Of a stretch of DNA of 64,000 bases, positions 48,410-61,500 are shown one piece after another. The DNA lies in assembly GCF_021869535.1 (NCBI RefSeq), contig NW_026262668.1:13082001-13146000 (forward strand), in the 5' to 3' direction. A model generated the notes under the pieces. It did not search any database. It was not told where the DNA came from and saw only the letters and a list, made by a program, of their open reading frames with translations. A program made the position numbers and the translations under genes. Position 1 is the first letter of the stretch; every line of letters begins with the position of its first letter. This DNA comes from Mytilus californianus. Lineage: Eukaryota.

Positions 48410-48590
48410 CTTAGATGTATTTGGCGAAACCGTTCCAAATTTTGGGTCCTCAATGCTCTCCAGATTTGTACTTTATTTGGCCTTTTTACTTTTTTTATTT
48501 AAGTGGTATTACTGATGAGTAATTTGTAGAGGAAAAGCGCGTCCAGTGAAAAATGATAAGTCTGGTGTTAAATGAGTTTTTTTACAATGC
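48410..48590 (+). mobile_element. Hammerhead repeat family A copy (paralog ~51995-52170)
   Basis: CTGATGA-GT..AGAG-GAAAAGCGCGTC at 48512-48543 and CTGATAA..GAAAACGCGTCTGG at 52103-52136. Confidence 0.7.
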
Positions 48591-49935
48591 AGTTATTTTG
48601 GAAATCTGTACAAATACCAAAAATATTGTAGCTTCTCCAAATCTTGAACATTATGATTGAATATTGAATAAATGACCTTATCATTAACAGCTGCTCAAAT
48701 TACACAGGACAAGTTAAAAGTTTAAAAAATACCGAATCTGTTATTCATTAACTCTCTTTTTAATAAATTAATCATTATATTAATAATCCCTGACAATATA
48801 AAAAAACTTGCACAATTTAGTATTTTCTTTTCTAAATATGAACGTTAAAATCAATTGTTGACGCATTCTTTGATAAACCATACAGATTGGACCTGATTAT
48901 TGAAGGAATGAAAACTATCTGTTACACAATAATATAAATTGGAGATCACCTAATATTGTTGATTTTCATAAACCTTGAACAAAAAAGAAATCAATGAAAA
49001 TTGAAAAAAATATATATATATTTGTAGATAAATTTTGACCTGATAATTATGACCTTTCTCAAAGTTCAGCACTACTTTATTTAAAGAAACAAAATGCAGA
49101 ACAATCAAGCATATGTGTGTATGAGAAAAAAAAACATTTTACCATTTTTTTACTGAGGAACAAAATATGCTTATCTATAGCTCAATAGGACCATAAATTT
49201 TCCATCATTAGGCACACCAAAAGGCACCTTTCATGGAATTATTTAGCGTGTTGTTTTCATTTTGTTTTTTTTTTTTCTTCTTCAACCTCCAATGGATCAA
49301 ATAATATCCCTTAATGGCATCAAAGCTTAAAACCAACTTAGTTAGTTTTCTCGTTTGAATTGTTTTACATTTGTCGTTTCGGGGCCTTTTATAGCTAACT
49401 ATGCGGTATGGGTTTTGCTCATTGTTGAAGGCCGTACGCTGACCTATGTCATTTGATCTCTGGTGAAGAGTTGTCTCATTGGCAAGTATACCACAGTTTC
49501 TTGTTTTTATAATTAGTCAATATACTCGTCAATACATCGATAAAAGGACACACCAACTTTATACTTTATTAGGTTAAGCTATTAAAAAAATTATATAAGT
49601 TCCATAGAGTAATGGAAATCAACATTGTATGTTTATATAAACTATATTACTTGTATAATTATATATGAATATACTAAATAAATAAATGATTTGGGAAATA
49701 CGTTAAATTCCGAATACAGGTATGGAGAAGTTATGAAATTTCTGGATGCAATTTGTTTCTGATGCAACATTTTTTTTAATTTCAGCATCAAATTCTGATG
49801 CAACATTTCTTAAAATTTCAGCGTTGCCGTAAAAATTCTGAAGGAATATTCCTTAAAATTTCAGCATCGCCGGAAAGTGAAGTTGTAAGTTAAATTCATC
49901 CTCATTTTACTTTAGTGCTGTTAAATGTGGAACAG

Positions 49936-50012
49936 ATGGCAGATTGCTCGAAATGCAAATGCAGTATATGTAACAAATCGTTTTGTTAAAAAAGGAACAA
50001 AATGACAAACAA
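49936..50012 (+). pseudogene. Paralogous ZnF exon remnant with internal deletion
   Basis: MADCSKCKCSICNKSFC* then ..ACAA|GTAAGTAAG. Confidence 0.65.
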
Positions 50013-50029
50013 GTAAGTAAGCTCAAAGG

Positions 50030-50285
50030 AGGGACGAAAGATACCAGAGGGACAGTCAAACTCATAGATCGAAAACAAACTGACAACGCCATGGCCAAAA
50101 ATAAAAAGACAAACAGACAAATAAAAGTACAGATGACACAACATAGAAAACCAAAGACTAAGCAACACGAATCCCACCAAAAACTGGGGGTGATCTCAGG
50201 TGCTCCGGAAGGGTAAGCAGATCCTGCTCCACATGTGGCACTCGTCGTGTTGCTTATGCTATTACAAATCCGGTAAATAGTCTAA
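50030..50285 (-). mobile_element. Solo 3' UTR fragment of the PLE-type RT family, present only in duplicate copy 2
   Basis: Matches 24385-24580 and 30580-30790. Confidence 0.8.
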
Positions 50286-50507
50286 TAAATTATGTGACCT
50301 CGTAATAAATCATTTAATGTATATGTAGAATAAATTTGTAAAATTTTGACACTCCTTCCAAAGGGAATAAGAGCATAACATCATGGGTTTGTCTGTTCGC
50401 CAAAACTAAAGAAATTTAAATCAGAATGGAATATAAGCTTGATTTACAGAAAAGTTAAATATTTTGATAGTAGAATTGTTTGCCATCTTGTGTATTTACC
50501 CTTTTAA

Positions 50508-50732
50508 AGGGTCTCGGTGGTCGTGTGGTCTAACTAGTGATTACTGTAATCATTAGTCAGTCAACATTGATGTTGTGAGTTCGAACCATACTCGTGCTGG
50601 TAAACTGCAATCTTAATTGACTAGAAATGTCCGTTTCTATCGAAGGTCGTTGGTTTTTTCCGGGCACAGCAATCTCCTCCGCCATTTAAAAATAGTGCGC
50701 TTTAAAGTGGCGTTAAAACACTAATAATCAAC
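50508..50732 (+). mobile_element. tRNA-derived SINE (duplicate of 44785-45032)
   Basis: TCGGTGGTCGTGTGG A-box and GAGTTCGAACC B-box. Confidence 0.8.
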
Positions 50733-53328
50733 TAATATTAATTTTTTTGTACCGCCGTTAATAGCTTTGTACTGACTATATTATTGCAATACATTTATGG
50801 TGCCAAGTGATCTTGACACAGATTTGTAACGATCTGTACTGCCTACTGAAGAGTCCCAATTACAAACAGTCATTCATTTATACATCATATATATGTAAAG
50901 GGACGAAACTCACAAGGCCTAACTGACTTCTAAAATTACATTGTTTAACTTATTTGTTAAATCTAAATTTGTGGTAATAACAGAACTGCTCTATTTTTAT
51001 TTCATAATGTAAACACTGCATGCTCCTGTTTTCATCTATACTTTCCTTCAAGGCTCATTATTTATATCCTTCTTCACAAAACAATTTGTTTTAAAACAAA
51101 ATTGATTCTGCAATATTTTTTTTTGCATTTCAAGTTCAGTCAAATACTATAGTCATGATATTAAATCTTCGTGTTTCATAATTCCTTTTTTCTACTAGAA
51201 ATCTATTATCATGAACAAATAAACTGAATTTACCATGTTATTGATACTATATTTGAAGAAAAAATCGTTTATACAATTTCAACCAGGCCTTGTGAGTCTG
51301 GACAGAAAACATTTCCAGACACACACTAAAAGTACAGTTTCTGTAAATACAGTGTATTAGCTCGTTTAGCCTTAAAGGGTCATTTGAGGTTTTGCCATTA
51401 CTTTTGATAAGTCGTCTGAATACTTTTCATATTTAAATTTTCTGCCAACTAGAATCAAACTTAGCAGGAATTTTTATATTTGAAGGTACTACATCAATTT
51501 ATTTTTGGTATTGATCTGAAATTTATTTTGGTTGCAAAGGTCAAAATTGTTTTTGATTACCTGAAATTGCAAAGATTTTTTTATTAATTTCGTTGGATAT
51601 TTATTTAGAATATTGTAGAAATGATCCATAGATAGGCTGAAAGCAATATGAGTTTATGTTGCCAATCCAAATTCAAGATGGCCACCTCCACTGAATAGTT
51701 TAACATATCACTATTAGAAATACATATACGAAGCATCTTGTCAGAAGTTATCTGACATATTTAAACACTATGTAGAAGGGTTGATCCTACATGAGTATTT
51801 GCGATTTTGAATGCCATCCAGAAATAAGATATTACCCCCACAGTGAAACATGATAAAGTCGTACAATAAATATCCACATACAGCTTCTCCAAAACCATAT
51901 CGCACAGTGAAATCCAAGTTGTGCACCTAATGTATTCTACTAATTTTGCGTTATGATGCCTATCCGAAAAAAACATTGTCACTAGAGTGGATTAGTAGTT
52001 TACCTTCGCTGTATTTTGTGAAACCTTTCCGCATTTCGGGTAATCAATGCTATTTAGCTTTGTACGTTATTTGGCTTTTTTACTTTTAATATTAGAGTTT
52101 CACTGATAAGTAATTTGTGGAGGAAAACGCGTCTGGTAAAAAAATAATAAGCCTGGTGTTTGATTAATTTTTTTTACAATGCAGTCATTTTAGAAATCCA
52201 TACAAATACACAAAAAATGTAGCTTTTCCAAATCTTAAACATTATTATTGAATATTGAATAAATGACACTATTGTGTCTAGCCATTAACAAATTTCAAAT
52301 TTCCCTGGACCTGAAAAATATTTAAATTTGAGAAAAACGGAATTTATTCTTGATTATCTCTCTTTAAAAAAATAGGAAATCACGTTGTATTAAGGGCATA
52401 CGATACAGATTTGATCTCACGGTGATTTTTTGACGAAAGTTTGCATACAAGCTATTTTTCACCTAGTCAATTCGAAAATGTAATAAAAAATATACCTTCA
52501 TGTGCTACTTTTAGAGATAAATTGGGAAGAAATTTTAGACATTTACTGGACATTTCGGTTTCTTTGACATTTCTATCGTTTGGAAAGACATACCTAATTT
52601 TTGTGTTTTTTAATTCATTTTATCACATTTTCATGATTTTAGTGAAAAAAACGGCTTTTTTTTTGCTGTATATTTATCAAACTTAAAAAAAAAAATCATC
52701 GGTGATTTGTTCATAAAAATTGTCACAAATAATCTTCATACATGTAATTAATCAAGCCAAATGGCATTTTTTTTTTAAAAAAGGGTCCATGAGCTCTTCT
52801 TCAAGTTAAATCAGTCTAAATGATAAAAATCAGTCGAAAATGAAAAACGTCGCGGAAAATTACATTCTACGTTCTCCTCTTTAACTGTATCGTATGCCCT
52901 TTTATTTTTTTATCGAAATATAAACAATAAAATGATGGCGCATTAGATTATAAATTAGTTGCTAATGCATTCTTTGATGAACCATTCAGATTGGACCTGA
53001 TTATTGAATGAAAACTATCTGATACACTGATAATATTGTCGACTTTCATAAACCTTGAACAAAACAAAAATCAATGAAATAAAAAAAATATGTATGTTTA
53101 TAAATAAATTTATTTTAATATGATAATTATGAGCTTTCTCAAAGTTCAGCACTTCTTTATTTAAGGAAACAAGATGAAGCACAATCAAATATAGTTGCGT
53201 ATAAGAATGAACCCATTTTTACCACCTTTTTACCGAGGAAAAATATGCTTATCTATAGTTCAATCAGATCATAAATTTCCAGCAAAAGGCATCTTTCAAC
53301 CTCCAAGGGATCAAATAATATAACTTAA

Positions 53329-54338
53329 GCCGGGGTCACGCATTCACGATTTTTACTGCCGTCCTTGATAGGACCATTCCCGATTAAAATTTGTCAAAAG
53401 TCTGACCAATATCTGGTGAATCGCGGCTGGAAATTAAAACTTTAATTCAAATTTGTTAAAACATTTATTCAATCACGACAAAAATCAGATATTGTTCAGG
53501 AAAAGTCCAAATTCAGCCGTTTCCAGCCGAATTTGTCCCGATTATCCCGTTCTCAATCCGATTCTCATTCGATTTGTATCTTTCGCATGGTAAAAAAACG
53601 ACCGAATGTGTCGATCCCGACAGCGTCCCGATTCTGCCAAATGCGATCCGACAGAGATCAGATAGTGACCAGACAGTAAACCGACGCTGACGGAAGATAT
53701 CCGTTAGAACACCGTTTCATGTGATAGTCCCGTCCTATAAAAAAAATCGCCATATTCAGAATGATCAGGTAATACCGGAACGCAATCCTAGCACAGTCTG
53801 CTGTGCCGCATTGCAAACGGCTTTGTCGGGACTCCGTCGTATCGTGTTCTGTTATTGTCGAGACTCCGACGTGGGTATTATTACCGAATTTCGTATTAAT
53901 AGCTGGACTGTTCTAGAACAAAGACGGTTCGCATTCGGCAAGATCTGGATGCTATCTGGACTCAATCGGCAAATAAACAGCAATGACACATTTCTCAAGA
54001 TCATGCCCGTTCCCCAGGACACCGTCCAGAAAACACAGATCATTGTTACGATTATGATCCTATAAAACAGAATCTGTCACGACATAGTCACGATTGTAAT
54101 TCGACTAGACAAAATCTACTGAGTTTCCCCGAATGTTACGGGACGCACCTAACTGTCGGGGGTGCTTGGCCGACCTCCCGATTCATAGGAATCTGTTACG
54201 AACGTATACGACTGCGTTCAGACAATGATAGGACATTCCAGATCATTAAGAATAGTACTCCGACTTTTTTCACTTTTCGTGTCTTAGCGCTGTCTGATCT
54301 CAAACGGGAGCTATAATCGGCACTGTGTGAACGTCGCA
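53329..54338. mobile_element. 1010-bp non-autonomous DNA transposon with TTAA TSD and imperfect ~24-bp TIRs
   Basis: TTAA at 53325-53328 and 54339-54342. The empty paralogous site (CCC-TTAA-TGGCATC near 49310) has a single TTAA. TIR cores read TCAC.CA.T..CGATT. Confidence 0.88.
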
Positions 54339-55450
54339 TTAAAGGCAACAAAGCCTAAAACTAACTTAGATGCTAAAACTCATCAATACATCGTCAAAAG
54401 GAAATTAGACTATAGAAGAAGAATTATATAAGTTCCCATAAAGCAATTGAAATCAACGTTGTATATTTATAAAAACGATAACACTAGTCTTGTAAAGAGA
54501 TATATAAATCTCTCTTAATTAACAAGAGGAAATTTTACCTTTACCTTTAATAAAGGATTGTAATAAAAACGATTTTTCTCCAGAAAAAAATACAAAAGCG
54601 TTATAGTCATTTTATAATTTTCAGGAAGAAACAAGAAATTGTCGTACCCCGTTAAACAATTTTCTGTTGTTTTTTTTTTGGTGGGTGGGGGAATCTGTTT
54701 CGTTATGAGGCGGGGTGTTAAATTTAAATCATGAATAAAACGAGATGTGGAGTTGACACATCATACATTAGAAATAGTGGCCTTTTCAACTCCCCAGTAA
54801 AATTTAGAATACAGTAATGAAAATGAGTGAATCTTTTCTATTATGTCACAAACGGCAAACACACACAACCTTTTCCTGATGGTGATGTTCCCATGGTGAC
54901 GCCATATAGAGCGTATTTTTTTCAGTTGATTATGTTGCGCACGGTATTGATACCACTAAGCGTGTACACGACATTCCCAATAAAACGAGAATGTTCACTT
55001 TGTTCTTAAGAAAGTTCCAAGTGCACAAGCTTTTTTACTTATGTTAAAATCCCGCTTAAAATAACCGTAGAATTTACATTCTTCTAATAAGTATTCATTT
55101 TGCAAATATTTTCGAAGTTGCTTCATTACTTATTTTCATTTTTCCAAGCCGTGGTTGGCATAACTAATAAATGCAAACATTGATACCCAAATTTCCATAG
55201 AATTAAAAAAATATTTAAAACACATGAACATTTTTAATTTTGTGTCAAAAATTGCCCGCACCAGCAACGTCTAGCACTAAATGACAATACGATGTCTTGA
55301 ATGTGTGTAACATGATTCAAATTATTTTTGAATAATGTTTAGTGTCTTTCATTTTTAAAATCCAAAATGTTTTGAAACTTTAAAATTGATTTTGATACCA
55401 TGAGTGAAAAATAAATGCAAGGAAAAGCTGACATCACTTCTTTATTCTTA

Positions 55451-55740
55451 GGGAGCTACCATTTGATTTTTATGGGGGGGGGGGGGGGGGGGCTAGGATG
55501 AAATTTGAAAAAAATAGGCAGGACAGGAGTTTTGAGTAAAAAAAAATGCAGGATGAGCAACTTGTTAAAAAAAAAGGCAGGATGACAATTTGTGTAAAAA
55601 AATTCAGAATAAAATAGTAAAAAAAAAGGCAGGACCGAATAGAGTAAAAAATAAAAAGGCAGGACAGAGATTACAACTAAAAAAAAAGCAGGACAAAATT
55701 TTTCATCCTAGCCCCCCATAAAAATCAAATGGTAGCTCCC
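55451..55740. mobile_element. PIF/Harbinger (Tourist-like) MITE, TTA TSD
   Basis: TIRs GGGAGCTACCATTTGATTTTTATGGGGGG..CTAGGATGAAA. TTA at 55448-55450 and 55741-55743. Internal A-run+GCAGGA(C/T) repeats. Confidence 0.9.
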
Positions 55741-55997
55741 TTAGCGTGCTTCCAAAATATCACAATAAATATCTTCGTGTATAACCTTCGATGTCTTATT
55801 TTCTTATTTATATAGACCTAAATCTACCTTAACCATTAATCGATTAACAGCAGGACGAAATTCGATATTTATAAATTATACCAATTCTGTTGTGACAAGA
55901 TAGATGTTTTTTGAAGTAATTGCTTTCGTAAATATACATGGATCAATGTTTTCTGAAAGGAAGTAATATGAACCAGGAATGCATTTAATACAAAATT

Positions 55998-56375
55998 AAG
56001 AATATGTGGTATGTTTACCAAAGAGACAACTCTCCGCCAGAGATTAAATGACGTAGAAGTTAACAACTATAGGTCACCGTAAGACCTTCAACAGTGAGAA
56101 AAACCCATACCGTGTAGTAAGCTATAAACGGCACCAACATGACTAGTGTAAAACAATTCAAACGAGAAAACTAACAGCCTGGTTTATGTACAAAACAATA
56201 AAAGAAAAAAAATCTGATATATAAAAAAAAACGACTGAATATCATGCTCCTGACGTGGGACATGCACACACAAAATGAGGCGGGGTTAAACATGTTTGCT
56301 GGCGGCAAATCCTCCCCTAACCTGGGACAATGGTGTAATAGTACAACATGAGAACAAACTATAAAAATCAGTTGC
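55998..56375 (-). mobile_element. Dispersed 3' module copy
   Basis: Homologous to 3206-3760. Confidence 0.8.
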
Positions 56376-56397
56376 AAAGAGCTTAATGTACATTTTA

Positions 56398-56535
56398 TAC
56401 TATAAATTATCGACCGTGCGAGACCCTTATGGGTAGTCAAGGTCGTTAAAACCCCCCCTAGTACTAGAAATTACCGACCGTGCGAGACCCTTATGGGTAG
56501 TCAAGGTCGTTAAAACACCCCTAGTACTATAAATT
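56398..56535 (+). repeat. 64-bp tandem (2.2 units) resembling repeated Helitron 3' termini
   Basis: Nested hairpin CGACC..ACCC-ttat-GGGT..GGTCG followed 12-13 nt later by CTAG|T in each unit. Confidence 0.6.
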
Positions 56536-56946
56536 GTTTTTGTTTTAGCGATTACAATTTCAACATATAACTAACTGGGTATCGGTTTAATCTAAATTTT
56601 CTTTGACATTTTTAGACCATTTTCAAACGGGTTATTTTTGAGTTTTCGGTTTCAGTGATTTTGATTTTGTTTTAACAAGTATAAAAAGTAATATTCAAAC
56701 CATTTTTGTAACGTTCTGTGAAGATTAGAAAAAAGAGATCTACTATCACTATGCACAAACATTGAATATTTCCACATAACAGATTGGTTGGTTGATATTT
56801 TTAATTTTAACACCACATTCAGCACTATTGGCTATTTCGTGACGGTCATTTGTTATTGGCGGAGGATACCAGACAATCATACCACATCTCCCTTTTTTAT
56901 ATTAAACTTGATTAAAAGGCACTGTGTAAATTAACACACTAGAGCT

Positions 56947-56947
<1 letters not shown>

Positions 56948-56991
<44 letters not shown>
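56948..56991. repeat. (CT)n microsatellite
   Basis: About 22 units. Confidence 0.98.
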
Positions 56992-56994
<3 letters not shown>

Positions 56995-57266
56995 AGAGAT
57001 TCGAGACAACAAATTCTCTAATTTATGTGCTATTTTCACATTTCTTGAGAGGTGCGAGAAAAATATTTCTCATCACTAGTGAAATATCTGTTCTCAGCAA
57101 ATGATTAGTCGAAATTTGATTATGACGTTAAATTTTCTTGATTTCTTCTGAATTTCCTATTGTGACGTCCTGAAAAAAGGCGACCATGTCTGATGATGTC
57201 ACATATCAAGAACACAACTTTCTGCAAATCTTTGAAAAGGAAGGATAAAAATCATTAGAGAAACAA

Positions 57267-57420
57267 ATTCCATCGCTATAACTCGTGTATTACGATATTT
57301 TTCCAATCTCAGTTAAATTTTAATTATTTAAAAAGCTCGGCAAGCCTCGCGCTTTAAATATTAAAATTTAACTTTCTCGAGTGGAAAAATATCGTAACAC
57401 ACTTGTTGCAGTGATGGAAT
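57267..57420. mobile_element. Fold-back element with central GGC-AA-GCC hairpin
   Basis: ~70-bp imperfect inverted arms with centre 57339-57346. Confidence 0.85.
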
Positions 57421-57987
57421 CTATATCTCCATTCTGCCACACATTGACCCTAGCAGTAATAACCTTCTTTTTCATACACATGTTACTAGGTCTTATTTAA
57501 TAAAAAATCTTACGAGAAAAAAATACTCATAAGTCATGAACACTTCAGTATAACTTACGATCAATTTTTGTCGTAAGATTTATTTTTGAAAAGAGCCCCA
57601 GACATTTATGTATTTGTACTGCAAATTGACTGAAAAATTTGATCCATATATATAGTTTCGATTCTTTTAATAACAACGCTAGGAATTAAAGCCAGGATGT
57701 ATGATTAATTTTGAATCGTTTATAATCTGGCTAAGGGGGGGGGGGACAAATTATTTATATTTGATTACATTTTCATTTTCACTGTATGTTCTCTTTCTAA
57801 AAGTGAAACTGTGATCATATTTCCTGTTTGAATGGTTTTACACTAGTCATTTTTGGGGCCCTTTATAGCTTGCTGTTCGGTGTGAGCCAAGGCTCCGTGT
57901 TGAAGGCCGTACTTTGACTTATAATGGTTTACTTTAACAAATTGTGACTTGGATGGAGAGTTGTCTCATTGGCACTCAAACCATGTC

Positions 57988-58126
57988 GTCGGCCGTTTTC
58001 AGGCTGGACAATCTCAAACGGACATCTCCCGACAATTCAAAGTTCACCAGAACACAATTCATACTTTTGGCGGAGATAAATCAAACTGGATCCACTCAAG
58101 ATCGCCATAAAAGTGATAGACCTCAG
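57988..58126 (+). pseudogene. Tc1/mariner transposase N-terminal HTH fragment (frameshifted)
   Basis: VGRFQAGQSQTDISRQFKVHQNTI / LLAEINQTGSTQDRHKSDRP resembles the Tc1 paired-like HTH + GRP linker. Confidence 0.7.
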
Positions 58127-59654
58127 AATTTGTTAAAACGCCTAAATCAAATTTCCACGAAAATGCAATGTTTCGCCAATCAATGTACATTTTTGCCTCA
58201 AACATTCATTTTTTCTCAATATTTCCAGTTCATAAAATCATGTAATTGTGCCAAAGTTAAGACCTCACCTCTCTCAGGTTAAGTTTACATCCGATTGTTT
58301 TTGTTGTTCTGTGTTGGATTTTTTTTTTTGGGGGGGGGGGGGAGGGGGTGCTCTATAACGTTTCATACTTTTTGCTTTTACAACTCTATCCAAGGTAATG
58401 AAAATAAAACCAAGAAAAATTAAAAAAATGTAAAGACTTATGTTTTATGTCCAAATGATTGTATTGCTCCGAACCTAGGTCGATTAGTATATGTAAATAA
58501 TATGGAAACTTACATGTACATCTAGTTTTATGTCTGAGGCAGCCATCTACAACATACAGATTAAAACAGCAATTTGTTACAATTATACATGGGTGATGTA
58601 TTTCAAAATGCAATATAACTGTGTTATGCAAATACGTTTTCAACTGTACTGATAACCGATTTGTTGAAGGTAATTATCTTTATTTAGAGTGTTGCATTTA
58701 TAATCTGTGCATTAGTGTCTGGACGTACCGAATAAGTGCAACCCAATTTGTTTTTATTGTAGAAAATACTTTTGTGTTAGCAAATGCCCATCAGTCACAG
58801 GTAGAAGATACTAAACTTACTATATTAGTGAAGCCGAAACAGCTTAGTACCTTCAGGATCATCTGGATTCACCCTTGGCTTTGGTGGAGTTCGTAATACT
58901 AAGTATTTTGCTTTCTATTTTGGTGTCTGTGAACTGTTGCTTGTCTTTTCGTCGTTTATGGTGTTGTCTGTTTGTCTACGATTCGTGATTGCCCCCTTGG
59001 TATCTTTTGCAATTTTTTTTAAAACGAAAAATCAAATATTGAAAATCTCAATATGATAGACCACCGAGATGTACCAACAACAGCAGACATGTATGAACAA
59101 AGAACACTGAACACTTAAGGTTTAAGTGATACGATCTTCCAACAAAACCAAAATTTATTTCAGGTACTCTGGTAGTATTTCCCGGTTTGTATGCGACATG
59201 TACAACTACAAATGAAAAAAACATCAAACGACTGAATATAAAGATAACTAAATATGGTATTATATACTATGAGACAGCTAACAATAAGAGACAAAAAAGT
59301 CGAGGTTTTACACAAATACAGATCGTTACTGTACGGATTTCAACAATGACCGAAAAGCATGGCTTTGTGCAATGTTAATATATAAGTTTCGTCAGTAACT
59401 ATGTATAACTGTTTCTCTAATTCTTTGAAAATTTATACCTTTCTGCACTCATTGTATACAAAAATTTAATCAACGTGTGGTTGCCGGTGATCTCAGAAGA
59501 TGATTGGATGAATTTAAGGGTCATAACCTTTATCAGCTCAAAATATGCTAACAGGTGTTAATGAAATTGACAACTTTGTAAAATGTGGAAGGCACTCGAA
59601 GGGGGTTTTGGTTTAACAAAAAATGAAAATGTATTTTTTAATCATTAGAGAAAC

Positions 59655-59814
59655 AGATTCTTACATTGTTACTCGTGAATCATCGGATTTATCCAATCTC
59701 GATAGTTAAGTTATAAATTTTAAAGTCCTCGCCAAGGCTCAGACTTTAAAATTGATACTTTAACTATCTCGATTGGATAAATCCGATAATCCACTGGTAT
59801 CAATGTAAGAATCT
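59655..59814. mobile_element. Fold-back element with central GCC-AA-GGC hairpin
   Basis: ~73-bp arms with centre 59731-59738. Like 57267, it is preceded by ATCATTAGAGAAAC. Confidence 0.88.
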
Positions 59815-60479
59815 ATATATAGCAATGCATACTTAGTTATGTATCAATATAAAAAAAATGTTTGTCCCGGTAAAGACAATATTCAAAGATCTTATTACAA
59901 GTAAAATTGATAACCTTCAATACAAAGTATAGTGTGAGGATAACATAAATCATATTTAAATTATTCAACAACAACAAAGATTTTTTTACAAATAAATGAT
60001 AGTGAAATGACAACGGGGGGCAAATAAAAATGATAAATTGATAAACACTTCTAGAATATAAATAGACAAGTCTTCCTGTAATTTATCTGATGTTAACAGC
60101 CAACAACAGTCACAAAGAAGCAGGTTTTTTTTTTTATCTTTGGCCATTTCGTAATATTCTATGAAATAATTATGCTAATCATATCCATTCGTTTCCTATA
60201 TCCTAAATAATCATGCATGAAAATCATTTTAATGCTTTAATATCTATCAAAATGAATGTAAGCAAAACAATTTCGGTAACATTTTATTATGTAAAATGAC
60301 ATGCAATTCTAAGTCGAAAATCACTGCAAGAATTAAGCCAGAACTATCTTACTGTCTTCACCTTGTCAGATAATTAACCACCATATTCTTCTATTTTATT
60401 AAACTCCCACCGTTTACATTTTGTTGTTTTCATTTTCCAGACAACTGTTATGATATAATGTTGTGTCGTCAGAGCTTCA

Positions 60480-60575
60480 TAATAGTACAAGGATTGAAAT
60501 TGTGTACGCCAGACGAAAGACTCATCAGTGACGCTCTAATCAAAAAAGTTAAAAAGACCAAATAAAGGGACGAAC
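60480..60575 (-). mobile_element. Hammerhead family A copy with ~15-nt deletion of stem II 3' strand, GAA and most of stem III
   Basis: GAGCGTCA-CTGATGA-GTCTTT|CGTC-TGGCGTA. Confidence 0.7.
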
Positions 60576-60710
60576 CAAAGATTTCAATTCAACTTTTGGA
60601 CCAACAGAATTACCTGTAGTTGCGTAAACCCACTTCAGTTGAACTATCATGTTGGATAGCAAGCAAACCACATCCTCTTTATTTCAAAAAGAAATCAAAG
60701 CGATAACTCC

Positions 60711-60860
60711 AATTTTCCCATTGTCATCTTTTCATGTTTATACAGCAATATTCAAGACGTACCTGCATATAGAGATTGTGTCTAAAAGATGAAATGATAG
60801 TCAAGATTTTCAGTTTTTATAAGGATTCCTTTTGCTGGAAAGTTGGAGTACAAGTACAAT
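60711..60860 (+). pseudogene. Highly decayed PLE-type RT C-terminal fragment
   Basis: FPIVIFSCLYSNIQDVPAY. Confidence 0.55.
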
Positions 60861-61500
60861 GCTGAACCAATGGTTCTTATTGTTTCTTCATAATAATGTT
60901 GTAATTATCTCGGAATGCGACTTATAACCGTATGTTTACTTGTCATGACGCACACAACGGAGCCACCAGTAAAACAGGAAATGCTTACCTTTTCAGAGTT
61001 CGCTAATAGTTTTGTAATGGGCTTCCGTTTACTTCAGCTTATTTTTTGGCATTTGTGATATTTATTATAAAATGTATGGGTTTAACAATGTTTGCATTTT
61101 TCATTGATATCATATTTTGTCGTTTATTAGGTTTGATAAATAACATATACTAATATTTATGAAAATGGTAATGCTTTATGGTTAAATACATACGTTAAAC
61201 ATCGGCTATTTTCATAAAAATTCTAAAGATCTACTATAATATCTTCACAATCTTTACAATTTTGCAGTAATATCAAAACCTTTGAACTTTCTTCGTTTAC
61301 ACAACTATTTCCCATGTTCAATTGAAAGATAGACTACGTCATTTCATTTAACAGAGCTTTTACTATAAAAAAAAAAAGAAACGTAGATACAAATTCCTTT
61401 TTTAAGTCAAGAAAAATCATACTTCGTGGAGAACCACACTGATCACAACAACATAAATACCGACATTGATAACATTAAAATGCATATTTTTTTAGTTTGA

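Larger units (their letters stand above)
43838..54454. repeat. Tandem segmental duplication (43838-49620 and 49621-54454) with copy-specific insertions
   Basis: Collinear homology across motif array, ZnF exon, SINE, HINE, HHR family A and the 3' part. The AACATTGTATG anchor occurs at 43838, 49621 and 54455. Confidence 0.92.

Noticed and set aside
53721-54065. ORFs inside the TTAA element as transposase
   Set aside because: Short, with no DDE or DNA-binding motifs. They arise from higher GC content.
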